Shown here in pieces: positions 49,272-58,564 of a DNA stretch of 64,000 nucleotides. The notes beneath the pieces are model-generated. The model worked only from the letters and a program-made list of their open reading frames with translations. It searched no databases and was not told the DNA's origin. The translations under genes and the position numbers were made by a program. Positions within the stretch are counted from its first letter, which is position 1. Each line of letters opens with the position of its first letter. This stretch comes from an uncultured Candidatus Rokubacteria bacterium (GTDB lineage Bacteria > Methylomirabilota > Methylomirabilia > Rokubacteriales > DASRDR01), in the NCBI GenBank assembly GCA_963805625.1, contig CAWDVE010000017.1, positions 896,001-960,000 on the forward strand, in the 5' to 3' direction.

Positions 49272-51683
49272 GTGGAGGCCCCCACGTTGCGTTCCCGGCT
49301 GACCGACGAGGAGCGCCGGCTCCTGCTGAGCATCCAGGACCGGCTGCTCTGGCTCACCACCAACACCATCCACCACGCGAACAGCCGGCGGGCGAACCCG
49401 TCGCCGGAGCGGGTGGGTGGCCACCAGTCGAGCTCGACGTCCTCGCTCACGCTCCTGACCGCCCTCTACTTCAAGCTCCTGCGCCCGGGCGACCGGATCG
49501 CGGTCAAGCCCACGGCGGCGCCCGTGTTCTACGCGATCCAGGTCCTGCGGGGACTACTGCCGCCCGAGGGCCTCCGCGCGTACCGGTCACTGGGCGGCCT
49601 CCAAGCGTACCCGAGCCGCGTGAAGAACCCGGACTGGTTCGACTTCTCGACGGGATCCATGGGCCTGGGCGCGGTGGCGCCCGCGTTCGCGGCGCTCATG
49701 GACCGGTACCTGCGCGACCGCTTCGGCGGGTCCGGCGACGCGGAGCCGGGCCAGGTGCCCGCGGCCGGGCGCTCGCGGAACATCGCGCTCGTGGGCGACG
49801 CCGAGCTGGACGAGGGGAGCGTCTGGGAGGCCTGGACCGAGGAGGCGATGGCCGACCTTGCCGGCCACGTGGTCGTGGTCGACCTGAACCGCCAGAGCCT
49901 CGACCGGGTCGTGGGCGACCATCGGAGCCGGCAACTCGAGCGCCTCTTCCGGGCGCTCGGCTGGCACGTCATTACGCTTCGCTTCGGCCGCCGTCTCGCG
50001 GCGCTCTTCGCCGAGCACGGCGGCGACTGGCTCCGCGGCCGGCTCGAGGCCATGGAGAACCTCGAGTACCACGCGCTTCTCCGGCTCCCGCCCGCCGCCG
50101 CGCGGAAGGCGCTCGGGGAGGGCGCTCCTGCGGACACAGTCGCGCGGCTCGAGGCGCTCGGCGACGCGGAGGTCGCCACGCTGCTCGCCGACCTGGGCGG
50201 TCACGACCTGGACGCGATCGTCGACGCGTTCGCGGAAGCAGACGAGGTGGCCGATCGGCCGGCGGCGATCCTGGCGTGGACCCTCAAGGGGTGGCGCTTG
50301 CCCTTCGCCGGGGACCCGCTGAACCACGGGGCGCAGCTCACCGGCGAGCAGCTGGCCGCGCTGCGCCGCGAGCTCGGCGTCGCCGAGGACGACGAGTGGG
50401 CGCCGTTCCCGCCCGGCAGCCCCGAGGGCCGCTACGTGCGGCGCATTATGGGCGAGGGCATCGGCCTCCCGCGGCGCTATCGTCCTCCGCCGCCCGCGCT
50501 CATCCCCGATCGGCTCGACCTTCCGACTCGGCCGACGACGTCGACGCAGGAGTCCTTCGGCGACGTCCTGGCCGCCCTCGGCCGGCAGCCAGGCCTCGAC
50601 TCCGCCCTGGTCACCGTGTCCGCCGACGTGACGACCACGACGCATCTGTCCGGGTGGGTCAACCGGCGCGGCGTCTACGCAACGCGCGAGCGGGACGACG
50701 CCTTCGAACGCCACGGGCTCCGACCCCTCATTCGCTGGAAGGAATCGCCTGCCGGCCAGCACCTCGAGCTGGGGATCGGAGAGGCGTCGTTCTTCGTCCT
50801 CCTGTCCGTCCTGGGTCTGGCCCCCGAGCTCTCCGGCCGCCGGCTCCTACCGATCGGCACGCTCTACGACTGCTTCCTGCCGCGCGGTCTCGATCCCCTC
50901 TTGCACGCCACGTACTCGAAGGCGCGCTTCATCCTCGTCGCCAGCCCCTCCGGCATCAGCCTCGCCCCAGAGGGAGGCGCCCATCAGTCGCTGCTGACCC
51001 CGGCGTTGGGGATCGAGGTTCCGAATCTCCTCGCCTACGAGCCCACGTTCGCTCGGGAGGTGGAGTGGCTCCTCCTGGAAGCCCTCCGGGTGATCCAGGA
51101 CCCCGAGCGCGGCGAGGCGGTGTACCTCCGGCTCTCGACCAAGACCGTCGACCAGGCGCTCCTCCAGCCGGCCCTCGACCGTCTGGGCGAAGAGGCGCTG
51201 CGCGCCCAGATTCTGAGGGGCGGATATCGCCTGGTCGACCGTTCGGCGGAGCCCGGATACGAGCCCGGCGCGAACGTCGTGACCCTGGTCGCGGCGGGCG
51301 TGATGGTGCCGGAGGCCGTCGAGGCCAGCCGGCAGCTGGCGGCCGACGGGATCCATGCCAACGTCGTGGCGCTGACGAGCCCGCGCGCCTGCTATGCCGA
51401 GTGGCGCCGCCAGGTGGACGCGCTGGTACAGGGGCGGGCGCCCGCCCGGATGTGGGTCCGGGAGCTGTTCCCGGCCGAGGACCTCGAGGGCGAGGTTCCG
51501 GTGGTGAGCGTCCTGGACGGCCACTCCCACGCGCTCGCGTGGCTGGGGACCGTGCTGGGCGTTCCCCACGTGCCGCTGGGCGTCGACGCCTTCGGTCAGT
51601 CCGGAGCCCGCGCCGATCTCTACCGTCACTACAGCATCGACCCCGACGCGATCGCACGAGCGGCCCGCGTCCTTTTGGTGTAG
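49272..51683 (+). CDS. Homodimeric AceE/transketolase-like TPP-dependent 2-oxoacid dehydrogenase E1
   Basis: VGGHQSS, LQAYPS, STGSMG, GDAELDEG...N, HLELGIGE, EGGAHQS, FGQSG. Confidence 0.88.
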   Translation: MEAPTLRSRLTDEERRLLLSIQDRLLWLTTNTIHHANSRRANPSPERVGGHQSSSTSSLTLLTALYFKLLRPGDRIAVKPTAAPVFYAIQVLRGLLPPEGLRAYRSLGGLQAYPSRVKNPDWFDFSTGSMGLGAVAPAFAALMDRYLRDRFGGSGDAEPGQVPAAGRSRNIALVGDAELDEGSVWEAWTEEAMADLAGHVVVVDLNRQSLDRVVGDHRSRQLERLFRALGWHVITLRFGRRLAALFAEHGGDWLRGRLEAMENLEYHALLRLPPAAARKALGEGAPADTVARLEALGDAEVATLLADLGGHDLDAIVDAFAEADEVADRPAAILAWTLKGWRLPFAGDPLNHGAQLTGEQLAALRRELGVAEDDEWAPFPPGSPEGRYVRRIMGEGIGLPRRYRPPPPALIPDRLDLPTRPTTSTQESFGDVLAALGRQPGLDSALVTVSADVTTTTHLSGWVNRRGVYATRERDDAFERHGLRPLIRWKESPAGQHLELGIGEASFFVLLSVLGLAPELSGRRLLPIGTLYDCFLPRGLDPLLHATYSKARFILVASPSGISLAPEGGAHQSLLTPALGIEVPNLLAYEPTFAREVEWLLLEALRVIQDPERGEAVYLRLSTKTVDQALLQPALDRLGEEALRAQILRGGYRLVDRSAEPGYEPGANVVTLVAAGVMVPEAVEASRQLAADGIHANVVALTSPRACYAEWRRQVDALVQGRAPARMWVRELFPAEDLEGEVPVVSVLDGHSHALAWLGTVLGVPHVPLGVDAFGQSGARADLYRHYSIDPDAIARAARVLLV

Positions 51684-51844
51684 TGGAGCGTTCCGCCCGT
51701 TCGTAAGGCTTGACAGCCTGCGAGCCTCGGGCTCTAGTAGGGAGAACCCTGCGACCGTCGCACCCACGGACCAGAAGCTCTCGTGTCGGCGTCGGCGCGC
51801 GGTGGTGGGGCAGCCCGGCGCCCAGCCCCAAGGAGGCGCGACAC

Positions 51845-52390
51845 ATGGCACTGTTCGGACAGCAGTCCCGCAAGGACGAACCGGTTTCGAAGTCCGAGCC
51901 CCTTCCGAAACCCGAGCCCAGAGTCGAGCCGCCATCGGCGCCGGTCATCCCGCCGGCTCCTGTCGTGACGGCGACCACGCGACGCGTAGAGGAGGTGCCG
52001 ATGTCGATGACCACGCCCAAGGGTTCCGAGTCGATCCTCTCCGCGGGCCTCACGATCGAGGGGAAGATCGAGGGCAACGGCAACATCCGCGTCGCCGGAC
52101 GCTTCAAGGGAAATGTCAACGTCAAGGGCGAGCTGACGATCGAGCCCGGCGCGTCCATCGACGGCGAGGTCAAGGCTGACACCGTGCTGGTCGGCGGCGA
52201 GGTCCGCGGTCACCTCATCGCGAACTCGCGGGTCGAGTTCAAGGAGTCCGGCACGCTGATCGGCGACCTCAAGGCGGGGAGCCTCACGGTGGCGGCCGGA
52301 TCGAAGATGCGCGGGAAGGTCGAGTTCGGCTGGAAGGAAGGGGAAGTCGAAGCCCTCCACCCTCCCGAGCCGAAGACGCCCTCGCACTAG
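51845..52390 (+). CDS. Bactofilin (polymer-forming cytoskeletal protein)
   Basis: AAGGAGG RBS; Pro-rich N-terminus, then beta-helix repeats (ILSAGLTIEGKIEGNGNIRVAGRFKGNV). Confidence 0.92.
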   Translation: MALFGQQSRKDEPVSKSEPLPKPEPRVEPPSAPVIPPAPVVTATTRRVEEVPMSMTTPKGSESILSAGLTIEGKIEGNGNIRVAGRFKGNVNVKGELTIEPGASIDGEVKADTVLVGGEVRGHLIANSRVEFKESGTLIGDLKAGSLTVAAGSKMRGKVEFGWKEGEVEALHPPEPKTPSH

Positions 52391-52399
52391 GTCTCGCTG

Positions 52400-52744
52400 A
52401 TGACAGGCGAGGCATGGAACTGTCCGCACTGCGGGGAGCGCATCCTCCGGAGCGCGCCCACGTGCCCCGCCTGCCTGCGGCACCTGCGGTTCGATGCCGT
52501 CGCGGTCGCGCGGCCGGCGCGCGCTGCGGTTTGCCCGCTGACGGTGGACGGCACGATCCGGCATCCCGGTAGCGAGGCGCCCTGGGAATACTCGGTGCTG
52601 ATCGAGGTCCATGACGAGCGCGATGAGATGGTCGCGCGTCGAGTCGTGGGGGTGGGCGCCCTCCGGCCCGGCGAGGTCCGGAAGTTCACCCTGCGCGTCG
52701 AGGTGCTGGTCCCAGAATCCTCACGGCTGACCGCGGCGTCCTGA
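52400..52744 (+). CDS. Zinc-ribbon protein with small beta-rich C-terminal domain
   Basis: CPHC...CPAC; starts 9 bp after the bactofilin stop. Confidence 0.75.
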   Translation: MTGEAWNCPHCGERILRSAPTCPACLRHLRFDAVAVARPARAAVCPLTVDGTIRHPGSEAPWEYSVLIEVHDERDEMVARRVVGVGALRPGEVRKFTLRVEVLVPESSRLTAAS

Positions 52745-52800
52745 GCGCCACAGGCCGTGCCCGCCGGCCCGGTCCGGCGCGAGCCGGCACGGGAGGATCG

Positions 52801-54414
52801 ATGATGATCCGTGTCCTGCGTCTCGCTGTGGTCGGTAGCGCCGCGCTGGTGCTCGCCGCCACCGTCGCCGCGCCTGTCCCGGCGCACGCGGCCAAGTCCG
52901 GCGGGGTCCTGACCCTGACCCTGCGGGAGGACCTGCCTCAGGGCTTTGCCGTCCACGAGACGTCCACCATCTCCACGGTCTGGCCGGCGATGCCCTGTCT
53001 CAACAACTTGGTGCTCTTCGATCCCCTGAAGGCCACCGAAGGCGCGGACACCGTCATCGGGGAGTTGGCCGAGAAGTGGTCCTGGCAGGACGGCTACCGG
53101 AACCTCGTGTTTTTCCTCCGGAAGGACGTGAAGTGGCACGACGGCAAGCCGTTCACCTCGAAGGACGTGAAGTACACCTTCGACATCGTGCGTGAGGCGC
53201 CAGACTCGCCGGTGAAGCTCCGCATCAATCCGCGGAACGACTGGTACTCGAATGTGGAGGCCGTAGAGACTGCGGATCCCCACACGGTCATCTTCCGGCT
53301 GAAGCGACCCCAGCCGTCGCTCCTCCTGATGCTCGCCTCCGGCTACTCGCCCGTATACGCGGCGCACGTGCCGGCCGCCAGCTATCGCACCGGCTGCATC
53401 GGGACCGGACCGTTCAAGGTCAAGGAGTGGCGGAAGGGCGAGTTCCTGGAGTACGTCAGGAATCCCGACTACTTCGTGAAGGGCCGGCCCCATCTCAACG
53501 GGCTCAAGTATGTGGTGATCAAGGAGCCGGGCACCCGGATCGCGGCGCTCCAGACGGGCCAGGTCGACGTGTCGTTCCCGAACGAGGTGTCCAAGACGAA
53601 TGCCGAGCAGCTCAAGGCGGCCGTCCCCAAGCTGGTCGTTACCCCCTACAGCACGAACGTCAACGACAACATCATCATGAACATCAAGAAGCCTCCCTTC
53701 GACAACGTGAAGGTGCGGCGCGCCGTCAGCCATGGCATCGACCGGCGTGCGCTCATCCAGGCCGTGCATCAGGGCGGCGGGCTCGTCGGGGCGGCGATGG
53801 CGCCGAAGCCTTACGGCATCTGGGGGCTCCTCGAGAGTGACCTCAACGCGCAGCCCGGCTACGGCAAGCCCGCGGACGAGAAGGCCAAGGCCCGGAAGCT
53901 GCTCGGGGAGGCTGGGTACTCGCCGCAGAGCTCACTCAAGGTCGAGATGGTGACGCGCAACATCGCCATCTACGTCACCATGGCGTCGTTCGTGATCAGC
54001 GAGCTGAAGCAGATCGGGATCGAGACGACACTCAAGCAGATCGAGACGGCACAGTGGCACGCGACGGCGACGCGGGGAGACTATCAGCTCGGTGCGAATC
54101 TCACCGGCATCGGGCCAGACGATCCGGATGCTAACTTCTACGAGAACTTCGCCTGCGGCTCGCCACGGAACTACAGCTTCTACTGCAACGAGCAGGTGAT
54201 GGCGCAGATCCACCAGCAATCGCAGGAACTGGACCCGAAGAAGCGCCTGGCCCAGGTGCAGGGGATCCAGAAGAAACTCGAGGAGGAGGCGGCGCGGCCG
54301 CTCCTGGACTGGCGGCTCGACTATTTCACGGTCTGGCCGCACGTCAAGGACCTGATCCCGCACCAGTCGATCTACAACTTCGGGCGCATGCAGGAGGTGT
54401 GGATCGACAAGTAG
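52801..54414 (+). CDS. Family-5 ABC substrate-binding protein
   Basis: Signal peptide (AHA-A), KWHDGKPFT, GTGPFK. Confidence 0.93.
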   Translation: MMIRVLRLAVVGSAALVLAATVAAPVPAHAAKSGGVLTLTLREDLPQGFAVHETSTISTVWPAMPCLNNLVLFDPLKATEGADTVIGELAEKWSWQDGYRNLVFFLRKDVKWHDGKPFTSKDVKYTFDIVREAPDSPVKLRINPRNDWYSNVEAVETADPHTVIFRLKRPQPSLLLMLASGYSPVYAAHVPAASYRTGCIGTGPFKVKEWRKGEFLEYVRNPDYFVKGRPHLNGLKYVVIKEPGTRIAALQTGQVDVSFPNEVSKTNAEQLKAAVPKLVVTPYSTNVNDNIIMNIKKPPFDNVKVRRAVSHGIDRRALIQAVHQGGGLVGAAMAPKPYGIWGLLESDLNAQPGYGKPADEKAKARKLLGEAGYSPQSSLKVEMVTRNIAIYVTMASFVISELKQIGIETTLKQIETAQWHATATRGDYQLGANLTGIGPDDPDANFYENFACGSPRNYSFYCNEQVMAQIHQQSQELDPKKRLAQVQGIQKKLEEEAARPLLDWRLDYFTVWPHVKDLIPHQSIYNFGRMQEVWIDK

Positions 54415-54443
54415 GCGCGAAGGGAGCCGGATATGGCGACCGG

Positions 54444-54473
54444 ACGCAGGGGAGGCGAGAGCCTCCTCTGCGT
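54444..54473. other. GNRA-capped stem-loop between SBP and permease
   Basis: acgcaggggaggc-GAGA-gcctcctctgcgt, 13-bp stem with one G-U pair. Confidence 0.65.
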
Positions 54474-54491
54474 TGCGTTCCGGGGCCACCG

Positions 54492-55445
54492 GTGAAGACG
54501 TACTTTCTCCGACGGATCGCTATCGCGCTCCTCACCCTCCTCGGCATGTCGGTCGTGATCTTTGGGCTCCTCCGGCTCGCGCCGGGGGATATCGTCGACA
54601 TCCTCTTCGCCGCCGCCGGCTACGTCGACGACACGCAGAAGGAGGCGATCCTCAAGGAGCTGGGAATGGACCGGCCGTACTGGGTCCAGTACCTCGAGTG
54701 GCTTTGGCAGATCGTGACCGGGGATCTCGGGAAGTCATACCGTTACGAGTTGCCTGCGTGGCAGCTCATCAAGCCGCTCCTGCCGGTCACGCTCGAGCTG
54801 GCGGTCCTGGCGATCGTGATCTCGGTGCTCCTCGGGATACCGACTGGGGTGATCAGCGCGGTCCGCCAGGATTCCGGTCTCGACTACGTGCTCCGGGTAC
54901 TGAGCCTCGCCGGACTCTCGATGCCGTCCTTCTGGCTCGCGATGGTGATCATCCTGGGATGCGTGGCCTGGCTGGGCTGGATCCCGCCCATGATGTACGT
55001 CGGCCCCACGGAGAACTTACGGCTGCACACGCTCCAGTTCCTGCTGCCCGCGCTGGCGGTGGGGTACCGGTCGTCGGCCCTGATCATGCGCATCACCCGG
55101 TCCGCACTCCTCGAGGTACTCCGGGAGGACTACATCCGCACCGCCCGGGCGAAGGGCCAGACGACCCGGGTGGTGGTCTGGCGGCATGCGTTGAGGAACG
55201 CGATGTTGCCGGTGGTCACGGTGATCGGGATCGAATTCGCCTTCATGATCGGCGGCCTCGTGGTCACCGAAACGGTGTTCAACCTGCCGGGCGTGGCGCG
55301 CTTCCTGGTCGAGGCGATCCAGTGGCGGGACTACCCGATGGTGCAGAACCTGGTGATGTTCATCGCCATCGTCGTCATCCTGTCGAACCTGGCGGTGGAC
55401 CTTCTCTACGGCGTCCTGGATCCGCGTGTGCGCTATGGGGACTAG
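54492..55445 (+). CDS. Dpp/Opp-type ABC permease (DppB-like)
   Basis: APGD, ARAKG, RDYP; GTG start. Confidence 0.92.
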   Translation: MKTYFLRRIAIALLTLLGMSVVIFGLLRLAPGDIVDILFAAAGYVDDTQKEAILKELGMDRPYWVQYLEWLWQIVTGDLGKSYRYELPAWQLIKPLLPVTLELAVLAIVISVLLGIPTGVISAVRQDSGLDYVLRVLSLAGLSMPSFWLAMVIILGCVAWLGWIPPMMYVGPTENLRLHTLQFLLPALAVGYRSSALIMRITRSALLEVLREDYIRTARAKGQTTRVVVWRHALRNAMLPVVTVIGIEFAFMIGGLVVTETVFNLPGVARFLVEAIQWRDYPMVQNLVMFIAIVVILSNLAVDLLYGVLDPRVRYGD

Positions 55446-56340
55446 CCCGGTTGCGGTTGCGCGTGGGGAGCAGCCAATCGCTCGCCGGGCGCCCCAGGGG
55501 GTCGGCGAAACGGTCTGGCGGTTCGCGCGCAAGAAGCCTCTGGGCGCTGCCGGGGCCCTCATCATGGGGGTCATTGTCGCGACCGCGCTCCTTGCGAATC
55601 TGTTCGCCACGCACGACCCCATCGCGACGGAGGCGGCAAGGACGCTGGCGAGGCCGAGCCCGGATCACTGGTTGGGCACTGACAACCTTGGCCGGGACAT
55701 CTACTCGCGCATCGTCCACGGGGCCCGGGTCTCGCTCATCGTGGGTGTGGCGTCGACCCTCCTCGGCTCCGCTCTGGGCGGGGTGATCGGGCTCCTTTCG
55801 GGCTACGCGGGCGGCAAGGTCGATCTGGCGACCCAGCGGTTCCTCGACATCCTCCAGGGGCTCCCACTCTTGGTCCTGGCGCTCGTGATGTCGGCCGCGC
55901 TCGGTCCCTCCCTCACCAACGTTGTGATCGCGATCTCAGTCCCGATCATCCCGCGGGCGGCACGGGTTATCCGCTCCAGCGTGCTCGCGATCCGCGAGAT
56001 GCAGTACGTTGAGGCCGCGCGGGCATTGGGGCTCCGTCACCTCCGGATCGCGTTCCGTCACGTCCTGCCGAACACGATGGGCCCGTTCATCGTCCTCTGC
56101 ACCGCGCAGCTCGGGAGCGCGATCCTGGTCGAGGCCGCACTCTCGTTCCTCGGCCTTGGCGTGCCCGAGCCATACCCCTCGTGGGGGCGGATGCTGTCGC
56201 TCTCGGCGGCGGAGTACGCGCAGAAGGCGCCGCACCTCGTGCTGTTCCCGGGCCTCGCGATCAGCCTCGCCGTCTTCGGGTCGAATCTCCTCGGGGACGC
56301 GCTCCGCGACACACTCGACCCGCGGCTCCGGGGCGCCTGA
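55435..56340 (+). CDS. Dpp/Opp-type ABC permease (DppC-like)
   Basis: LGTDNLGRD, EAARALG, GDALRD. Confidence 0.92.
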   Translation: MGTSPVAVARGEQPIARRAPQGVGETVWRFARKKPLGAAGALIMGVIVATALLANLFATHDPIATEAARTLARPSPDHWLGTDNLGRDIYSRIVHGARVSLIVGVASTLLGSALGGVIGLLSGYAGGKVDLATQRFLDILQGLPLLVLALVMSAALGPSLTNVVIAISVPIIPRAARVIRSSVLAIREMQYVEAARALGLRHLRIAFRHVLPNTMGPFIVLCTAQLGSAILVEAALSFLGLGVPEPYPSWGRMLSLSAAEYAQKAPHLVLFPGLAISLAVFGSNLLGDALRDTLDPRLRGA

Positions 56341-56408
56341 GCGACCTGCCGGACGGGCAGGGAGCCACGGGTGCTAGAATCGCGCGTGGTGCTCCTCGCG
56401 TGCCGGTG

Positions 56409-56867
56409 ATGACCGAGTCCGACGCCCTGCCGCCCTCTGGCTACGACACGGCCGACGATCCACGACGTGTCGTGTTGGCCGATCTGGTGGCCCGTCTCGC
56501 CGCGGCCGCGACCGCGGGGGCCCGGGGCTACGAAGCGGCGGCAAGTCGCGCGGAGGGCGGCCTCCGGCACGCGCTCGAGGAGCTCGCCCGTGCCAAGCAT
56601 GCCGAGGCTGCCGGGCTCGCCCCGCTGGCGCGGTCCCTGGGGGTATCGGCGCCGCTCCTGCCCCCTCCGCTGCCGTCCAGGGCGCCCGTTTCCTGGGGGG
56701 AGATCCTGGGGGAGGCGTTCCAGGCGGAGCGGGTCCTCGAGGGGGTTGGCCGGGAGCTGGCTGGTCTGACCTCGGAGCCGGCCGTCAGGGCCCTGGCGAC
56801 CCGCCTGATCACCAGGGTGAGCCGGGACCGGGAGGAGGTGCGTAGGCTCTACCTGCGGTACACCTAG
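56409..56867 (+). CDS. Hypothetical helical protein, possibly a degenerate ferritin-like fold
   Basis: Helix pattern Y..AA...LEELARAK..H and a second helical pair; no clear ExxH motifs. Confidence 0.55.
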   Translation: MTESDALPPSGYDTADDPRRVVLADLVARLAAAATAGARGYEAAASRAEGGLRHALEELARAKHAEAAGLAPLARSLGVSAPLLPPPLPSRAPVSWGEILGEAFQAERVLEGVGRELAGLTSEPAVRALATRLITRVSRDREEVRRLYLRYT

Positions 56868-56938
56868 ACCTGCAAGCCCCCAACCGGTCGTCCCTCTCAA
56901 AGCCACGTTTTTCTCTTTTTCGAACGGCATTTTTACCC

Positions 56939-56967
56939 TTGACAGCCCCCTTGCCCCCCGCTAGTAT
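56939..56967 (+). promoter_or_regulatory. Sigma70 promoter of the dcw operon
   Basis: TTGACA (56939-56944) - 17 bp - TAGTAT (56962-56967), with an AT-rich tract upstream. Confidence 0.8.
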
Positions 56968-56975
56968 CCCGCTTC

Positions 56976-57000
56976 AAGTGGGATGAAGTGGGATGAAAGT
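56976..57000 (+). promoter_or_regulatory. MraZ operator (GTGGGA repeats, 10-bp period)
   Basis: aaGTGGGAtg-aaGTGGGAtg-aaagt just downstream of the promoter, matching known MraZ TGGG/GTGG repeats. Confidence 0.8.
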
Positions 57001-57090
57001 CCGTAAACGATCGGTTCAAGGTCCATTTCTGGGACAGGGGTGGACGTACGGACCAGGTCGTAACGCCTGAGAGAGGGCGGAGGCACCGGG

Positions 57091-57531
57091 GTGTTTCGCG
57101 GCAGGTACGAGCACACGATCGACCCGAAGGGCCGCCTGAGCATTCCCTCGCGCTATCGCGAGGAGCTCGCGGCGCGCGGGATCACCACCCTGGTCCTCAG
57201 CGAAGGGGACCATTGCGTCTGGGCGTTTCCCCTCGACGCGTGGGAGCAGCTGGAAGAGCGGCTCCGGCTGCACCCGCAGCTCTCCCCCGAGCGCCGGAGC
57301 GTCGTCCGCGTCATGGTGGCCAGCGCGAAGGAGTGTCCCGTCGACCGCGCCGGCCGGACGCTGGTCCCGCCCGAGCTGCGCGAGTTCGCGGGGCTCAAGA
57401 AAGACGTCATGATCACCGGTGCGCTCGAGTGGTTCGAGATCTGGAGCCGCGAGCGCTGGGCCGATCATCGCCAGACGCTGCGCGTCGGCTTCGACGAGAT
57501 GACTCGCAAACTGTCGGAGCACGGGGCATGA
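57091..57531 (+). CDS. mraZ: Division/cell-wall cluster repressor MraZ
   Basis: MFRGRYEHTIDPKGRLSIP, DRAGR, EIW. Confidence 0.96.
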   Translation: MFRGRYEHTIDPKGRLSIPSRYREELAARGITTLVLSEGDHCVWAFPLDAWEQLEERLRLHPQLSPERRSVVRVMVASAKECPVDRAGRTLVPPELREFAGLKKDVMITGALEWFEIWSRERWADHRQTLRVGFDEMTRKLSEHGA

Positions 57532-57536
57532 GCACG

Positions 57537-57578
57537 CCGGCCGCCACGGGTCGAGGACCGGCCGCCACAGGTCGAAGA
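57537..57578. repeat. 21-bp tandem repeat, two copies
   Basis: ccggccgccacgggtcgagga / ccggccgccacaggtcgaaga. Confidence 0.7.
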
Positions 57579-57628
57579 CCGTCGGATCAACGCCGTCCGA
57601 TCATTTCCGGCGCAACCAGGGTAGCCCA

Positions 57629-58564
57629 GTGAGTGCGGTGGTGGATCGACCCGAAGTGGCGCGCGCGGCCCACGGGGTCCACGTGCCGGTGCTGGTCGAC
57701 GAGGTCCTCCGCTGGCTCACGCCTATCCCGCCCGGCACCTGGATCGTGGACGGGACCGTGGGACTCGGCGGCCACGCCGCGGCACTCCTGTCGCACGCCA
57801 CGGAGAGCCGGCTCCTCGGCCTCGATCGGGACTCGGAGGCCCTCGCGCACGCGGCGCGCCGCCTCGCCCCGTTCGAGGGTCGCTGCGTCCTCCGGCACGC
57901 CGACTTCCGGTACCTCGACGCCGAGGCTCGCGCGTGCGGCGCGGCCCCGGCGCACGCTGTCCTCCTGGATCTTGGGCTCTCGTCGTTCCAGCTCGAGCGG
58001 AGCGGCCGCGGCTTCTCCTTTCAGGGCGACGAGCCACTCGATATGCGCTTCGACACGCGCCAACCGCTCACCGCCGCCGAACTCGTCAGGCGGACGCCCG
58101 AGCCCGAGCTGGCCCGCATCATCCACGAGTACGGCGAGGAGCCGGCGTCGCGACGGATCGCCCGGCGGATCGCCCAGGTGCGGGCGCGGACTCCCATCGA
58201 GACGACGCGGCAGCTCGCCGACCTGGTGGCGTCCTCGATCCCGCCACACCGGCGGTCACATCGCATTCATCCCGCCACCCGAACGTTCCAGGCTCTCCGA
58301 ATCGCCGTCAATGACGAGCTGGGAAGCCTGGAGACCGCCCTCCCGCAGGGCGCCGAGCTCCTGGCGCCTGGTGGCCGGTTCGGCGTGATCGCGTTCCACT
58401 CTCTCGAGGATCGCCTCGTCAAGAGCACTTTCCGCCGGCTTGCGCACGCCGGCTGGCGGGCGCTCACGCGGAAGCCCCTGCGCCCCAGCGACGACGAGGT
58501 CCACTCCAACCCCCGAGCCCGGAGCGCGCGGTTCCGGGTCCTGGAGCGAGGCGCTGCATCATGA
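57629..58564 (+). CDS. rsmH: 16S rRNA m4C1402 methyltransferase
   Basis: HVPVL, DGTVGLGGH, DLGLSS, HPATRTFQALRI, FHSLEDR, NPRARSA. Confidence 0.96.
   Translation: MSAVVDRPEVARAAHGVHVPVLVDEVLRWLTPIPPGTWIVDGTVGLGGHAAALLSHATESRLLGLDRDSEALAHAARRLAPFEGRCVLRHADFRYLDAEARACGAAPAHAVLLDLGLSSFQLERSGRGFSFQGDEPLDMRFDTRQPLTAAELVRRTPEPELARIIHEYGEEPASRRIARRIAQVRARTPIETTRQLADLVASSIPPHRRSHRIHPATRTFQALRIAVNDELGSLETALPQGAELLAPGGRFGVIAFHSLEDRLVKSTFRRLAHAGWRALTRKPLRPSDDEVHSNPRARSARFRVLERGAAS

Noticed and set aside
47046-51706. Very long alternative-frame ORFs (792 and 941 aa), and similar ones across the window
   Set aside because: Arg/Gly/Pro-rich shadow ORFs expected in high-GC DNA, overlapping genes with clear motifs.
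51710-51740. Sigma70 promoter for bactofilin (TTGACA at 51710)
   Set aside because: No convincing -10 hexamer at 16-18 bp spacing.
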